Of a stretch of DNA of 64,000 nt, positions 45,686 through 63,638 are shown in pieces (within the stretch, counting starts at the first letter, position 1; each line of letters opens with the position of its first letter). Where the stretch lies: assembly GCF_009914755.1 (NCBI RefSeq), contig NC_060929.1. One strand, written 5' to 3'. This DNA comes from the human T2T-CHM13v2.0 reference genome, Homo sapiens. The notes under the pieces are model-generated. The model searched no databases, was not told the origin of the DNA, and worked only from the letters and a program-made list of their open reading frames with translations. Both the position numbers and the translations under genes were made by a program.

Positions 45686-46366
45686 TAGATTTTTTTAAAA
45701 TAGAAATTTTATTGAATTTATTAAAAATAGATTTTTAATAGATTCATTATCACAAGAACCAGTGAGCTCTAAAATAAAGAAACACAATCATCAAGATGAC
45801 ACAGTTGTTAGAATTATATGACAAAGATTTTAAAGGAGATATCATAAAAATGCCTCAATGATCAATTACAAATGCACATGAAACAAATGAAAAAACAAAA
45901 CATCTCATCAAAGAAATATAAAACCTCAGCAAAGAAAGAGAAGCTATAAAGAAGAACTAAATGGAAATTTTAGAAGTGAAAAATATAATAACCAAAATGA
46001 AAAGCTCAGTTGATAGACTAAACAACAAAATAAAGACGAGAGAGGAGAGAGTCAGTGAATTGACAATCATAGGAATATCCAATTTTTAAGAATTGTGCAA
46101 AATAGATATACATAGTTTCAAGGTATAAGTGATGATATAATGCACTCATAATTTGTAAAGATAAAATCAGTGCACTTAGGATATCCATCTCCTTAAGTAT
46201 TTGTCTTTTCTTTATATTAGAACCATTTAAATTTTTCTCTTGTAGCTATTTTGAAATATACAATAGACTAGTGTAAACTATAGTCATCCTCTTTAGGACA
46301 GACCTAAAGAAGCAAAGTAAAGACTTTGCTTTAGAAACTGAACTAATAATTACCATCCAAAGAAGG

Positions 46367-46736
46367 TGTATTAGTCCATTCTCACACTGCTATAAAGAAC
46401 TATCCGAGACTGGGTAACTTCTGAAGAAAGGTTTGATTGACTCACAGTTCTGCAGGCTGCATAGGAAGCATGGCTGAGAGGCCTCAGGAAACTTATAATC
46501 ATGGAGGAAGATGAAGGGGAAGCAAGCACATCTTACTGTGGTGGAGCAGGAGAGAGAGAGCTAAGGGGGAAGGACCCCACACTTATAAATCATCAGATTT
46601 CATGAGAACTTACTCACTATCATGAGAACAGCAAGGGGGAAATCTGCCCCCATGATCCAATCACCTCTCACCAGATCCCTCCCCCAACACTGGGAATTAC
46701 AAGATTTGGGTGAGGACACAGAGCCAAACCACATCA
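46367..46736 (-). mobile_element. THE1D/MSTA-like solo LTR
   Basis: TGTATTAGTCCATTCTCACACTGC...AGAGCCAAACCACATCA. Perfect 5-bp TSD GAAGG at 46362-46366 and 46737-46741. Confidence 0.92.
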
Positions 46737-47970
46737 GAAGGTGAGACAGTATTTGCAGTCTGAACCTAACCAGATTGATGACCTGCTAAAATAACAACAG
46801 CAGCAGCAAAATCAACACGCTACAAATGATTTTAACTGAAATGAAAAGTCTACACAACAAAACCTCACATTGTCAGGATGCAATCCCGAATTACTCAATA
46901 ATCAAAGAACCCAGAAATGTGACCAATTCTCAAGGGAAAAAACAGTCAACAAATGCCAACCCATGTAAACCAGACATTCGATTTATCAGACAAAGACTTT
47001 GAAGTATGAGTATGTTCTAATGAGGGAACATAAGCATACCTGAAATGAGAGGAAAGATAGACATCCTCAGCAGAGAAAGAGAAACTATAAAAAGAGCAAA
47101 GTTGGACATTTTTAAACTGAAAAATACAATCTCTGAAATTAAAAATGCACTGGATTGGCTCAGTAATAAAATGGAGAGGATAGAAAAGTCAGTTAGTGGG
47201 AAGCTAAATCTGCAGAAATTATCCAATGTAAATGACAGAGGAAAAAAATTGTTCTCTTCAGTTGATTAAAATGTGTATGACTATTGAGAGGAAAAACTAT
47301 AACATTGTTCGGTGGGATTTTCAACATATGCATATATAATACATATGTATATAATACATATGACAACTATGACATAAAGGTCAGCGCTGGAGGCTAAAAG
47401 GATCTGTGTGGTTTTAAGACACCTACATTTTACTTGATGTAAAATATTAATTCAAAATAGAGTGTGACAAGTCAGGCAGGTATGTTGTAATTCCCAGAGA
47501 AACCACTAAAAAAATAAGAATTCAGAGATATATCCAAAATGCCAATAAATGAATTAAAGTGAAATTTAAACTAAAACATTTAAATTAAACTAAACTCAAA
47601 TAACCCCAAAGAAGGAAGGAATGAAGAAAAAGGGAAGCAAAAACAGATGACCTACACAGAAAACAAATAATAAAATGAAGACCTAATCAACCATATCAAA
47701 AATTAAATAAAGTATAAATTTAAGCACACCGAGAAATTCACTGTAAGTATAAAGGCATAAACTAAGAAGATAGTAAAAGATGCATCAAACAATAATAGAA
47801 GGCTGGAGTGGCTATATTAATATTAGACAAAGCAGACTTGAAAACAGGGAATATTACCAGCAGTAAAGGGGGGCATTAAATAATGAAAAAGGTATATAAG
47901 GACATCTAACACTTCTAAATATATATTCAGGAATTGTTGTATTAATAGTTTGATAAAAAAACAAGTTGAT

Positions 47971-48271
47971 TATATATATATATTTTTTTTGAGACAGAGT
48001 CTCACTCTCTTACCCAGGCTGGACTGCAATGGCATGAACTTGGCTCACGGCAACATCCGCCTCCCAGATCCAAGACACTCTCCTGCCTCAGTCTTCCAAA
48101 TAGCTGGGACTACAGGCGCCCACTACCATGCCTGGCTAATTTTTGTATTTTTAGTAGAGACAGGGTTTCACCATGTTGGCTAGGCTGGTCTCGAACTCTT
48201 GACCTCAAGTGATCCACCTGCCTGGACCTCCCAAAGTGTGGGATTACAGGTGTGAGCCACTGAGCCCAGTC
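47971..48271 (-). mobile_element. Alu (AluS-type) with (TA)n in its tail
   Basis: Complete Alu body; TGATTA flanks. Confidence 0.92.
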
Positions 48272-49269
48272 TGATTAGAATTTTTAGCAGCTTATCTTGG
48301 CAATGTAGGCAGAGTCTAAAAAGAATAAGTGTAGTCTTTACTGGAAATTTAAAAATAGTAATTATGGTATCCCGTCAGTTGTTTCCCAGTCTGTGAAACA
48401 TCCCTTGGAATCGCATGTTTTTCCATCAAACAGGGTAGGAATCTTGAGCCAATGTAGCAAATAGTTTCTGACAGGCTGACCCCTCATTTCTCACCCTGAC
48501 AGGTGTGAGTGTTTGACACTATAACTTTGACCTGGCATGAGTAATCATAAACGATCCTACATGCTAACAGCAATATTCTACTTATTGCCCTCAGTCCTAG
48601 TTTGCAGAATGCTTTCTGCCTACCAACTTACTGAAAGAGATGCTGCTGGAAACCAAAGCCATGGCCTTGGAGATTCTCTCACCTCCCAGCTTGCACGGCC
48701 CCCTCCTTCTTGACTGCAGGAGACCCCGATGGGTGTGTCTGGCCTGGCATGCCACTAGCAGGTGTTTCTTGATTGTTCTTCTTTCCTGGGGTGGAGAGTC
48801 ATGACCTGATTCTCATTCTTTTTATATTTTCTCACAAGGTAAGGGAGAAATTATGGGCCAGCCTATCTACTGGCTTTTGACCCATTTGCCAACTGTTCTT
48901 CAAGTCACAGTATAGAATCTACAAAGGGAAGTCAGGAATCAAAAAGATGTTGGTGGATTGCTGCAATTAAATAAAACCATGAGGGAATTATAAGAAATAA
49001 ACATCAAGTCCAGGTTTATGTTTATTCTTTTCGTATCTTTTTTTCTTCCACCCCAAAGATATTGCAGGTTTATGTTTAGAAGATCAATTTCATTAAAATC
49101 AGCATATAGGAGGCCACTGTAAGAAGCCCTGAGAAAATTGGTAGCAAGGTCACTAAGAGTGAAGCTAGCAAAAATCAACTTTAAATGGATGAGGACAAAG
49201 AGCACACACATAAACCTACGGACTATTCTCAGTCATGACGATCATTGCCACAACCCTCAATAAAATGTG

Positions 49270-50330
49270 TGCAAACAGATAGCATATTAAAAGATTAATA
49301 TTACACGACCAAAGGAATTTATTCCATGAATGTAAGGGTGTTTCAATATTTGTATGTTTATTAATATATTTCACATTAATGGATTCAAATATTATAGAAA
49401 GATTTCCATCAATTTTTTGAGAAAATTCAACATCTGTTCTTGATTTTTAAAAAAAGTTTTAATAGAATAGAATTTAACAGATATTACTGTGTTATGCAAA
49501 ACCCAGTATCATGCCTATCAGGAAAAGAGTAGAAGCATTCCTATTAAAATCAGGAACAAGGAAAGAACACAGCGTCACTAGTGTAATTTATCATGGCCTA
49601 GTGGAGTTTTTCAGCACAATTAGAGAAGAGAAAGAAATGGATGGTTCAAAAGTTGGGATATAGCACATAAAGTTATAATTATTAGCAGATTTATTTGCCT
49701 CAAAAAATCCAAGAGACAATAAATTGAAATGTTGTTATAATCAGGGAATGTGGCAAGGTAACTAAATAAAGGTAGTATATGGAAATCAATAGCCTTCATA
49801 TATGCAAATTATAATCAATAAGAACAAGAGGCCCCCAAGGGCAAATACAAAATACGTGAAATACTTAAGGATAAACTTAAGAAATGTACAAGATTTATAG
49901 GATGAAAACTTTAAATATTAATGAGGGTCACAAAAGGACACTTGAACAAATAATATACTAAACTGATAGAAAATTATATCATTATAAAGATATTAATTCT
50001 CCTTAAGGTAAACTAAATGTATAACATACTGCCAATAAAATGCAACTGCAGTTCTTTTAGAACTAGACAAGCTAATTCTAAAACTTATATGGCCCTGATT
50101 TCTTAACAGATAAGGCTTTGGCCTCCTAAAATTTATATGGAAAAAATAAACAATCCAGGAAAGCTAGGTAAGTTATGAAAAAAAATGAGGGAACTGTTTC
50201 TACTAGATATAAAAACATAATATTCAAAACAACGTGACACTGAATGTTAAGTAGATAAATAAACTAGTGGAAAAAAATTAGGAATAGATCCTCAAGCATT
50301 GAGGAATTTATTTTGTGATTTTTCAAAGCA
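49270..50330 (+). mobile_element. Ancient L1ME-type ORF2 remnant
   Basis: TTTATTCCATGAATGTAAGGGTGTTTCAATATT and GAAGCATTCCTATTAAAATCAGGAACAAG (RT region). Confidence 0.65.
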
Positions 50331-50339
50331 GAGGGTGAG

Positions 50340-50900
50340 CCGATTATATGTTGGCATTTACCCCCATTCCCAACCTTCCATGCTCCCCTCTGCCACAAAT
50401 ATGCTGGCTGGAAGCCAGAGCGCCACATTTCTGGATTTTCTTGTCAGCTGCCTATGGTAAGGTTCTGCAACTGAGGGCCACTCACTGGTTGGGATTGAGG
50501 AACAAGAGGTGAGAAGGAGCCATTTTTCTGCTTCTGGTGCCTCTTCTGGCCGCAGGAGGAACATCAGCAGCAGGTAACTTGGGCTCCACCAGCATTAGTA
50601 AGAATGGTGGTAGTTTGAGCAGCATCCTTAGAATGTAAGTTCTGGGGTTCCTGCTCAATGTCTACAGAAATGTTCCAAAAAAGCAATGGCCCTGCAGCCA
50701 GCAGCTCAGCAGTGAAAATAAACTGTTGGTTTCCAGCCCAGGAGCACTAGCAGCGTCATGATCACAGACTAATATCTCTTTCCCCTGTTGCTTCTTTAGC
50801 CCTTCCAATTCCTTGTCACAAATTGTTTGCATTAATTTATTCTCTGCTGGAAATATCTAGAGTACTTCCACATTTCCTAACAGGACACTAGCTGATCAAA
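50340..50900. mobile_element. Old ERVL-type LTR (LTR41/LTR33-like)
   Basis: CCCATTCCCAACCTTCC...GGCTGGAAGCCAGAGC..CACATTTC...CCCTTCCAATTCCTTG...GCATTAATTTATTCTCTGCTGGAAATATCTAGAGT. Confidence 0.4.
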
Positions 50901-50947
50901 GGAGAACATAGCAATTATTCAACAAATGATATTGGTGAAACTAGGTA

Positions 50948-52112
50948 CAGTAACTCCTCACTTAACATTGTCTATAGCAGGGGTCCCCAACCCCTGCTAT
51001 CAGTTTGTGGCCTGTTAGGAACCAGGCCGCACAGCCCGAGATGAGTGGCAGGTGAGCATTATGGCCTAAGCTCCACCTCCTGTCAGATCAGCTGCAGCAT
51101 TAGATTCTCACAGGAGCATGAACCCTATTGTGAACTGCACATGTGAGGGATCTAGGTTGCACACTCCTTATGAGAATCTAATGCCTGATAATCTGAGGTG
51201 GAACAGTTTCATCTTTAAACCATCCCCTGCCACCCTGGCCCATGGAAAAATTGTCTTTCATGAAACTGGTCCCTGGTGCCAAGAAAATTTGGGGACTGCT
51301 TGTCTATAGGTAACTGGAAACTGGACACATAATGAAACTAATTTTACCATAGGCTAATTAGGAGAAACAAGAACTAAGTTCCTATGGCATATTTCTGGCA
51401 CAAAAAAAAATCGCCAAACTTCTAAATAAATATCCCCAACAGTTCTAATCTTAAACATTGAAATAAGTATGAGCTATACAAACATTTGAGAAAGATTAAT
51501 AAAAATCAGTAAATGACTAGTCAATTTGTGGTGAGTCAGTGAGTAATGGCAGGTGTAGTGGTGGTGGGTTAAATGAAGGAATAAATGTTTGCAAAGTGAT
51601 AATTGTGAGGAGCCTCTCTTGCCCCTATGCAGTTCCAAAACAGTCATAAATGTGGTAGGTTTGCTGAGTGCTTTTGTACCTCATCGTTTATTGTTGTGCA
51701 TTTGCATGATTATTGAATACTTTATGAATTTTTACTTTACAATTATTTGTATTCATTCATTCCTTTTCCAGCCGGCTTATTTCAGTTCAGGGTCATGGTG
51801 GCCAGAGTCTATCTTGGCATCTCAGGGCATAAGAGGTGAACCAACTTTGGGTAGGATGTCATCCCATCACAGGGCACACTCCCACGCACTCACTCTTGCT
51901 CACACTGGGACAATTTAGACACGCCAATAAACCTAAGGTGCATATCTTTGGGATGTGGGTAGAAACTAAAGTACCTGGAGAAAGCCCATGCAGATGTGGG
52001 GAGAAAGTGCAAACTCCACATAGAGAGTGGCTCTGGCTGGAAAGCAATTTATTTTTCTCATCAATGTTGTGAAGAAATGGTTAACTAAACAATGTTATTC
52101 AAGGATCTGCAG
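50948..52112. mobile_element. MER6 (TcMar-Tigger) DNA transposon, interrupted by MER1B
   Basis: TA|CAGTAACTCCTCACTTAAC..., AATTTTACCATAGGCTAATT, GTTCCTATGGCATATTTCTGG, and terminal AATGTTATTCAAGGATCTGC. Confidence 0.8.
50978..51301. mobile_element. MER1B (hAT-Charlie) MITE
   Basis: CAGGGGTCCCCAACCCC...TTTGGGGACTGCT. Perfect 8-bp TSD GTCTATAG at 50970-50977 and 51302-51309. Confidence 0.92.
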
Positions 52113-52235
52113 TCAACTTCTGGAACTAAAAAAAAGATTTGATTCCTTACCTCACAGCTTATACCAAAATATATTTTAGGTGAATCAAATATTTGAATAT
52201 AGAAAAAAATACACCACAAAAATATAGAAGAAAAC

Positions 52236-52530
52236 AGACCAGGCACAGCAGTTCATGCCTGTAATCCCAGGACTTTGGGAGGCCAAGAAGGAGGATCACT
52301 TGAGCCCGAGAGTTTGAAGCCACTCTGGGCAACACAGTGAGACCTGTCTCCACAAAAATTAAAAAATTAGCTGAGCGTGGTGGTATGCAACTGTAGTCCT
52401 AGCTTCTCAGGAGGCTGATGTGGGAGGATTGCTTCAGTCTCAGCTACTCAGGAGGCTGAAGTGGGAGGATTGCAGTGAGCCATGATCATGCCACTGCACT
52501 GCAGTCTGGGTGACAAAGCAAACCTTGTTC
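52236..52530 (+). mobile_element. Alu (AluJ-type) with an internal rearrangement, followed by (CA)n at 52541-52572
   Basis: The right arm repeats CTCAGGAGGCTGA(T/A)GTGGGAGGATTGC. Confidence 0.9.
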
Positions 52531-52537
52531 CCCCACC

Positions 52538-52574
<37 letters not shown>

Positions 52575-52635
52575 ATGTGTATATATATGAACACATAGCA
52601 GATTGTTAACCATATGCTCAGAGAGCTGAAGGTCT

Positions 52636-52935
<300 letters not shown>

Positions 52936-53174
52936 CTAAAGTTCTTTCTAAGATGCTCCAAATAGTAGAAACATTTGAAAATTTAATTTCATTAGAAAGT
53001 TGGCATGAAAAAAAAAATCCCACCACAGAGGAAGTTAACAGGCAAACAGGGAAAATATTTGCAATTCATATCCTCAGACAAACATCAAAACCCCAACAGA
53101 AAAATCAACAAAGGTAATGGACAGACAGTTTACAGAAAGGAAATATGAATGGTTTTCTTTTTCTAAAAAAAAAA

Positions 53175-53505
53175 AAATTAGAATTCATGAATGAAGCCAT
53201 CTGGTCCTGAGCTTTTCTTTCTTGGGAAATTTTAAATTAATGATTCAATCTCCTTACTCATTATTGATCTGTTCAGATTTTCTATTTATTCATGATTCAG
53301 TCTTGGTAGGTTGTATGTATCTAGAAATTTATCTGCTTCTTCCAGGTTATCCAATTTGTTGTGATATCATTTTCCATACTACTCTCTCCTTTTAATTTCT
53401 GTGACAGCGCAAGGTCTCCTCTTTTGTTTCTGATTTCATTAACTTGAGTTGTCTCCCTCTTTTTCTTAATCTAGCTAAAGATTAGTCAATTTTGTTTATC
53501 TTGTA
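53175..53505 (-). mobile_element. L1 ORF2 fragment
   Basis: AGAATTCATGAATGAAGCCATCTGGTCCTG...TATCTAGAAATTTATC. Confidence 0.7.
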
Positions 53506-53734
53506 AGGTGTTGGATGTCTATTACCTTGATTGTGGTGATGAGATCATGGATGTTTGCATATGTTCTAACTCATCAAATTGTACACATTAAATATATGCA
53601 GTTTTTGTATACCAATTATACCTCAGTAAAGCTGTAAAAAAACTCACAATAAGGAAATTGCACATTAAAATCACAATAGATACCATTTCCACCTATCATA
53701 TTGGCAAAGATAAAAACAAGTTTGATAACTCACT

Positions 53735-54520
<786 letters not shown>

Positions 54521-56524
54521 TCTTTCTGTGGTGAGGTGTGTGGGAATAGGCACCCTCATAAATTGCTAGTAAAAATGTAAATCAGATCAACGCTATGGAG
54601 ACATATTAGACAATATCTATTACAGTAAAAATGTAATTCCACATTTAGGAATTATTTAATTAATATTTCACCCCTGTGCAAGTGTATCATCCAAAAATAT
54701 ACTTGCACAGGTGTGAAATATTAATTAAACAATGTTATTTATTGTAGCAGTCTTTGTAATGACCAAGGACTGAAAACAATCTAAATGTGTATCATTACTA
54801 GGACTAGTTAAATAAAGATGGTACATCTATATGATGAAATTCTACGCAGCTATTACAGAGAATAATGTAATTCTAGAAACAAAAAACAAAACCATGTGCA
54901 CAGTATACTACCATTATATTATGCAAAAGAAAAGAATGTGTGTAGATTATCTTTGGATAGATACACAAGAGACTGATGGTGGAAAAGATGGGATGCAGGA
55001 GTGGGAGATAACTTTTCACTGTATGTCTTTTTTTGATACTTTTTGAAACACAATTATTTTATTATGTGTGTATATTAACTATTCCAAAAATGAAAGTATT
55101 AGAAAACTAAAATAGATGAAAGGTCATTCATGTTAAGAGAGTGTTTATAATGTGTTGCTGAAATAAAAGCCTGGAAAGCATTCTCCTACAATCATGATAG
55201 CTAGGAGAATATCTTCACGCATGGAATATAACTTAAAGTTATGACCTAAGCCATTGTATTTCCTTCTGTCTAGAGGAAGAATAGATTTATAGGAGGTGGA
55301 TGGTCTGCTTAGAGTCTAGATAAAGAGAAATCTAATAGGAAGGATTTGTTGGTGTTTACACAGACCATGAGAGAAAGGCAGTATTTAGCAGACGTAAGTA
55401 CTTTAATATTAGGGCAGTATACTTTATGTGATTCAAGAACATTCTGTTTGTTTTTGTTTTTTGTTTAGGTTCTGTGCCCAGTAAACTTTTAATTACTAAT
55501 TGTTTCCCTAGGTTTTTACAAGCTATCTGCTTAATATTAGACACAAGTATCAGTCACTGCAAAAATATAGATCTCATTAGAAATTTTTAAAAGGCATTTT
55601 CGTTTATACATCAATCTTTTTGGAGTTGGATTTGTGTGAATCAGGCCAAAGCACCAGAAGAGCAATGACTGCTCTAATATGATGGAGTTTCTAGACACAT
55701 AAAACTGAGGAGGAGAATCCACTTAGATTCCATCTCCCTCTGAGGCCTAGTAGAGTAGCCAGCCAATCTCTCTAGGAGAGTTTACTCTCAACTTCTAAAA
55801 TGCAATAAGCATAATAGAGCAAAAAGAAGAGCAGGCTGAATAGCAGTTCATCTGAAAAATCCCCATGTGGTTTGATGTGATCCAGCTAAGAAGGCTGATG
55901 AAAGCTCAGGACTCATCATTACATAGGGACCACATAATTGAAAATCATCACCTCCCCGGGTTCTTTTTCCATTTGGAAAATCTTTGACCTTTATAATTTG
56001 AGAGGGGTGTGACCTAAGATCCTGACAAATTTCCAGATTTTCTGGCACCATTATAGGATATCATTGGCACTATGAAATACATGCATAATAAAAGTCAAAT
56101 TAAGATTTGGATATGGGGAAGTCAGCTAGGCTCACTCACTAGCTGGATGATTTAAATGACTTAACTGTTACACTAACCTGGTAGCATCAGTTCCATTTTG
56201 TTTTGTTTGTTTGTTCCATAACCATAAATGACTACATTGGATAGGCCTTTAGAGTCACTCACAAATAACTGAAACTGCAAATGTTAACTTGGTGATTGTC
56301 AAAAGCCAACTCTACTGACCCTAGCTCTAGGCACCTCACTTAAAGGAATCATTAACTAACTTGAGAGGTTGAGCAGGTGAATATTTGTGTTTACCTATAC
56401 ATTATCCATCCATTCACTTACTCATTTGTTTAACTTATATTTATTGAACATCTCTTTGCCAAGAGCTATAGTACATTTTTGGTAATCTGCTACTAGAAAC
56501 AGTAGAGGGAACTTCAGATGCACC

Positions 56525-56830
56525 GCCAAAAAGAAGATTTAAAGGGGACATGACAGCTGTTTTCGATCATGTGAAGAGGGAGAAGGCTTATCTGTGTTTT
56601 TCCAGAGGGCACAATTAGGGAAAGTGAGTAGTGATAAGAGGAGTCAGACTTGGGCATAAATTACAGAAGAATCTTTGCTTTTGTGAGCTGACCAACAATG
56701 GAATCCACTGCATTGCAAAACCGTCTTCTGGCAGGTCAAGAAAACTGCCAAAGCACAGATAAGGAAGATGGGGCCCAGAAAGATTTAGTGACCTGGACAA
56801 GGGCACATGGCCAGTGAATGGAGGGCCTGG
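56525..56830. mobile_element. L3/CR1 fragment followed by a MIR fragment
   Basis: AAGAAGATTTAAAGGGGACATGACAGCTGTTTTC (L3-like) and CAGATAAGGAAGATGGGGCCCAGAAAG...GCTTGGAACCCAG (MIR-like). Confidence 0.5.
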
Positions 56831-57754
56831 CTTGGAACCCAGAGTGCAAGGCAGTCTGGGTCATTCAACCCTTGGCCAGTAATGATTTTAACGTTTGCTT
56901 TTTCAACCACAAAGCTTCATGATGGATTGTAATTTTGATGAAGTACATGCTCCAAGGCGAATGTGTGGGAGTGAGTCTCTGAGCTAGCAAGTAAATACCC
57001 ACATCTCAAACAGACTTTGAAGTTCCATGCGTGTGGAATACACAACAATTCTTGTGATGTATAATAATTTCCTTTTGCTTCATTATGAAAAGCAGTTAAT
57101 GCTTATGGTGATGAACAAAAAGTAAAGAAAACTAAGAAAGTGAAGGTTCCTATCAGAAATATGAAGGTTTGCATTAATTAGAGTGGCATGTTAAATTTGA
57201 TGATGATAAGCATCTGTGATGTGCAATTGTTTCATTGAATGTTCCATAGTTTTGGCTGTCTGCCACAGGAACATTTGAAATGTTCAAGGAAATGATCAAG
57301 AAGAACAACTATTCTGTACTCATTCCATTGTTTTCCATAAGTTCCCTTGTTCTTTTGCTCTAAATAATTTGAATACTAGTTGTGGGGAAAAAGAAAAGAT
57401 CCCTAATCAATTCTTACGAAGTGTGGGGAGGTATTGCACACAGGCGTCTCATGATATGTGGCTTCTCTGCAGGTCCACACAGCCTGTGAAAGTCCCTGGC
57501 TCCTCTGACTTGTCAGATGTTCCGGGTTGGTGTGACTCCAAATACAGTCTCAAGGACAGACACCAAGTCCGAGATGTTTCTGCCTTTCCCTTTAAGAAAT
57601 AGGCCTATTCTTGTCAGCTCTAGGCCTGAAGGCATTGTTTCAGAGTCAATCACTTTAAACATTTCCCCCAGGACAGCAGAGGCAATTCAAGCTTAAATAG
57701 TGAAGCCATAGCAGGACTTTTCTGGAACTTCCCAGCCCTTCATGTTTCCCTAAC

Positions 57755-57832
57755 ATAGTATTCTCAGAGAGCAGGCTGCAGATCACCACCAGCAGCAGCA
57801 GCATTAGGGAACTTGTTAGAAATGCAAATTTT
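57755..57832. mobile_element. MER5A left part (target of the L1 insertion)
   Basis: CCAGCAGCAGCAGCATTAGGGAACTTGTTAGAAATGCAAATT matches MER5A. Confidence 0.7.
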
Positions 57833-58080
57833 CTTTTTTTTTTTTAATTTTTTCTTTTCTTTTTATTTTATTATTATTATACTTTAAGTTTTAGGGTACA
57901 TGTGCACAACATGCAGGTTTGTTACATATGTATACATGTGCCATGTTGGTGTGCTGCACCCATTAACTCATCATTTAGCATTAGGTATATCTCCTAATGC
58001 TATCCCTCCCCCCTTACCCCACCCCACAACAGTCCCCGGTGTGTGATGTTCCCCTTCCTGTGTCCATGTGTTCTCATTGT

Positions 58081-61900
<3,820 letters not shown>

Positions 61901-63563
61901 TATGATGTTAGCTGGTTATTTTGCTCATTAGTTGAGGCAGTTTCTTCCTAGCCTTGATGGTCTTCACAATTTGGCATGATTTTGCAGGGCTGGTACCGGT
62001 TGTTCCTTTCCATGTTTAGTGTTTCCTTCAGGAGCTCTTTTAGGGCAGGCCTGGTGGTGACAAAATCTCTCAGCATTTGCTTGTCTGTAAAGGATTTTAT
62101 TTCTCCTTCACTTATGAAACTTAGTTTGGCTGGATATGAAATTCTGGGTTGAAAATTCTCTTCTTTAAGAATGTTGAATATTGGCCCCCACTCTCTTCTG
62201 GCTTGTAGAGTTTCTGCCCAGAGATCAGCTGTTAGTCTGATGGGCTTCCCTTTGAGGGTAACCCGACCTTTCTCTCTGGGTGCCCTTAACATTTTTTTCT
62301 TCATTTCAACTTTGGTGAATCTGACAATTATGTGTCTTGGAGTTGCTCTTCTGGAGGAGTATCTTTGTGGCGTTCTCTGTATTTCCTGAATTTGAATGTT
62401 GGCCTGCCTTGCTAGATTGGGGAAGTTCTCCTGGATAATATCCTGCAGAGTGTTTTCCAACTTGGTTCCATTCTCCCCATCACTTTCAGGTACACCAATC
62501 AGTCATAGATTTGGTCTTTTCACATAGTCCCATATTTCTTGGAGGCTTAGTTCATTTCTTTTTATTCTTTTTTCTCTAAACTTCTCTTCACACTTCATTT
62601 CATGTGTGTGTCTTCCATTTTGTCTTCCATTGCTGATACCCTTTCTTCCAGTTGATTGCATCAGTTACTGAGGCTTGTGCATTCGTCACGTAGTTCTTGT
62701 GCCATGGTTTTCAGCTCCATCAGGTCCTTTAAGGAGTTCTCTGTGTTGGTTATTCTAGTTGTCCATTCGTCTAATTTTTTTTTCAAAGGTTTTAACTTCT
62801 TTGCCATTGGTTTGAACTTCCTCCTTTAGCTTGTAGTAGTTTGATTTTCTGAAGCCTTCTTCTTTCAACTCGTCAAAGTCATTCTCTGTCCAGCTTTGTT
62901 CCGTTGCTGGTGAGGAGCTGCGTTCCTTTGGAGGAGGAGAGGCGCTCTGCTTTTTAGAGTTTCCAGTTTTTCTGCTCTGTTTTTTCCCCATCTTTGTGGT
63001 TTTATCTACCTTTGGTCTTTGATGATGGTGATGTACAGATGGGTTTTTGGTGTGGATGTCCTTTCTGTTTGTTAGTTTTCCTTCTAACACTCAGGACCCT
63101 CAGCTGCAGGTCTGTTGGAGTTTGCTGGAGGTCCACTCTAGACCATTTGCGTGGGTATCAGCAGCGGTGGCTGCAGAACAGCAGATATTGGTGAACCACA
63201 AATGCTGCTGCCTGATCGTTCCTCTGGAAGTTTTGTCTCAGAGGAGTACCCAGCTGTGTGAGGTGTCAGTCTGCCCCTACTGGGGAGTGCCTCCCAGTTA
63301 GGCTACTCAGGGGTCAGGGACCCCCTTGAGGAGACAGTCTGCCTGTTCTCAGATCTCAAGCTGTGTGCTGGGAGAACCACTACTCTCCTGAAAGCTGTCA
63401 GACAGGGACATTCAAGTCTGCAGAGGTTATTGCTGTCTTTTGTTTGTCTGTGCCCTGCCCCCAGAGGTGGAGCCTACAGAGGCAGGCAGGCCTCCTTGAG
63501 CTGGGTGGGCTCCACCCAGTTCGAGCTTCCCAGCCGCTTTGTTTACCTACTCAATCTTGGGCA

Positions 63564-63638
63564 ATGGCGGGCGCCCCTCCCCCAGCCTCGCTGCCACCTT
63601 GCAGTTTGATCTCAGACTGCTATGCTAGCAATGAGTGA
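63564..63638 (+). pseudogene. L1 ORF0 truncated at codon 25
   Basis: MAGAPPPASLPPCSLISDCYASNE, then TGA at 63636-63638. Confidence 0.8.

Noticed and set aside
48748-48766. CTCF-like GCCACTAGCAGGTG
   Set aside because: Only a partial match to the core; not supportable without ChIP data.
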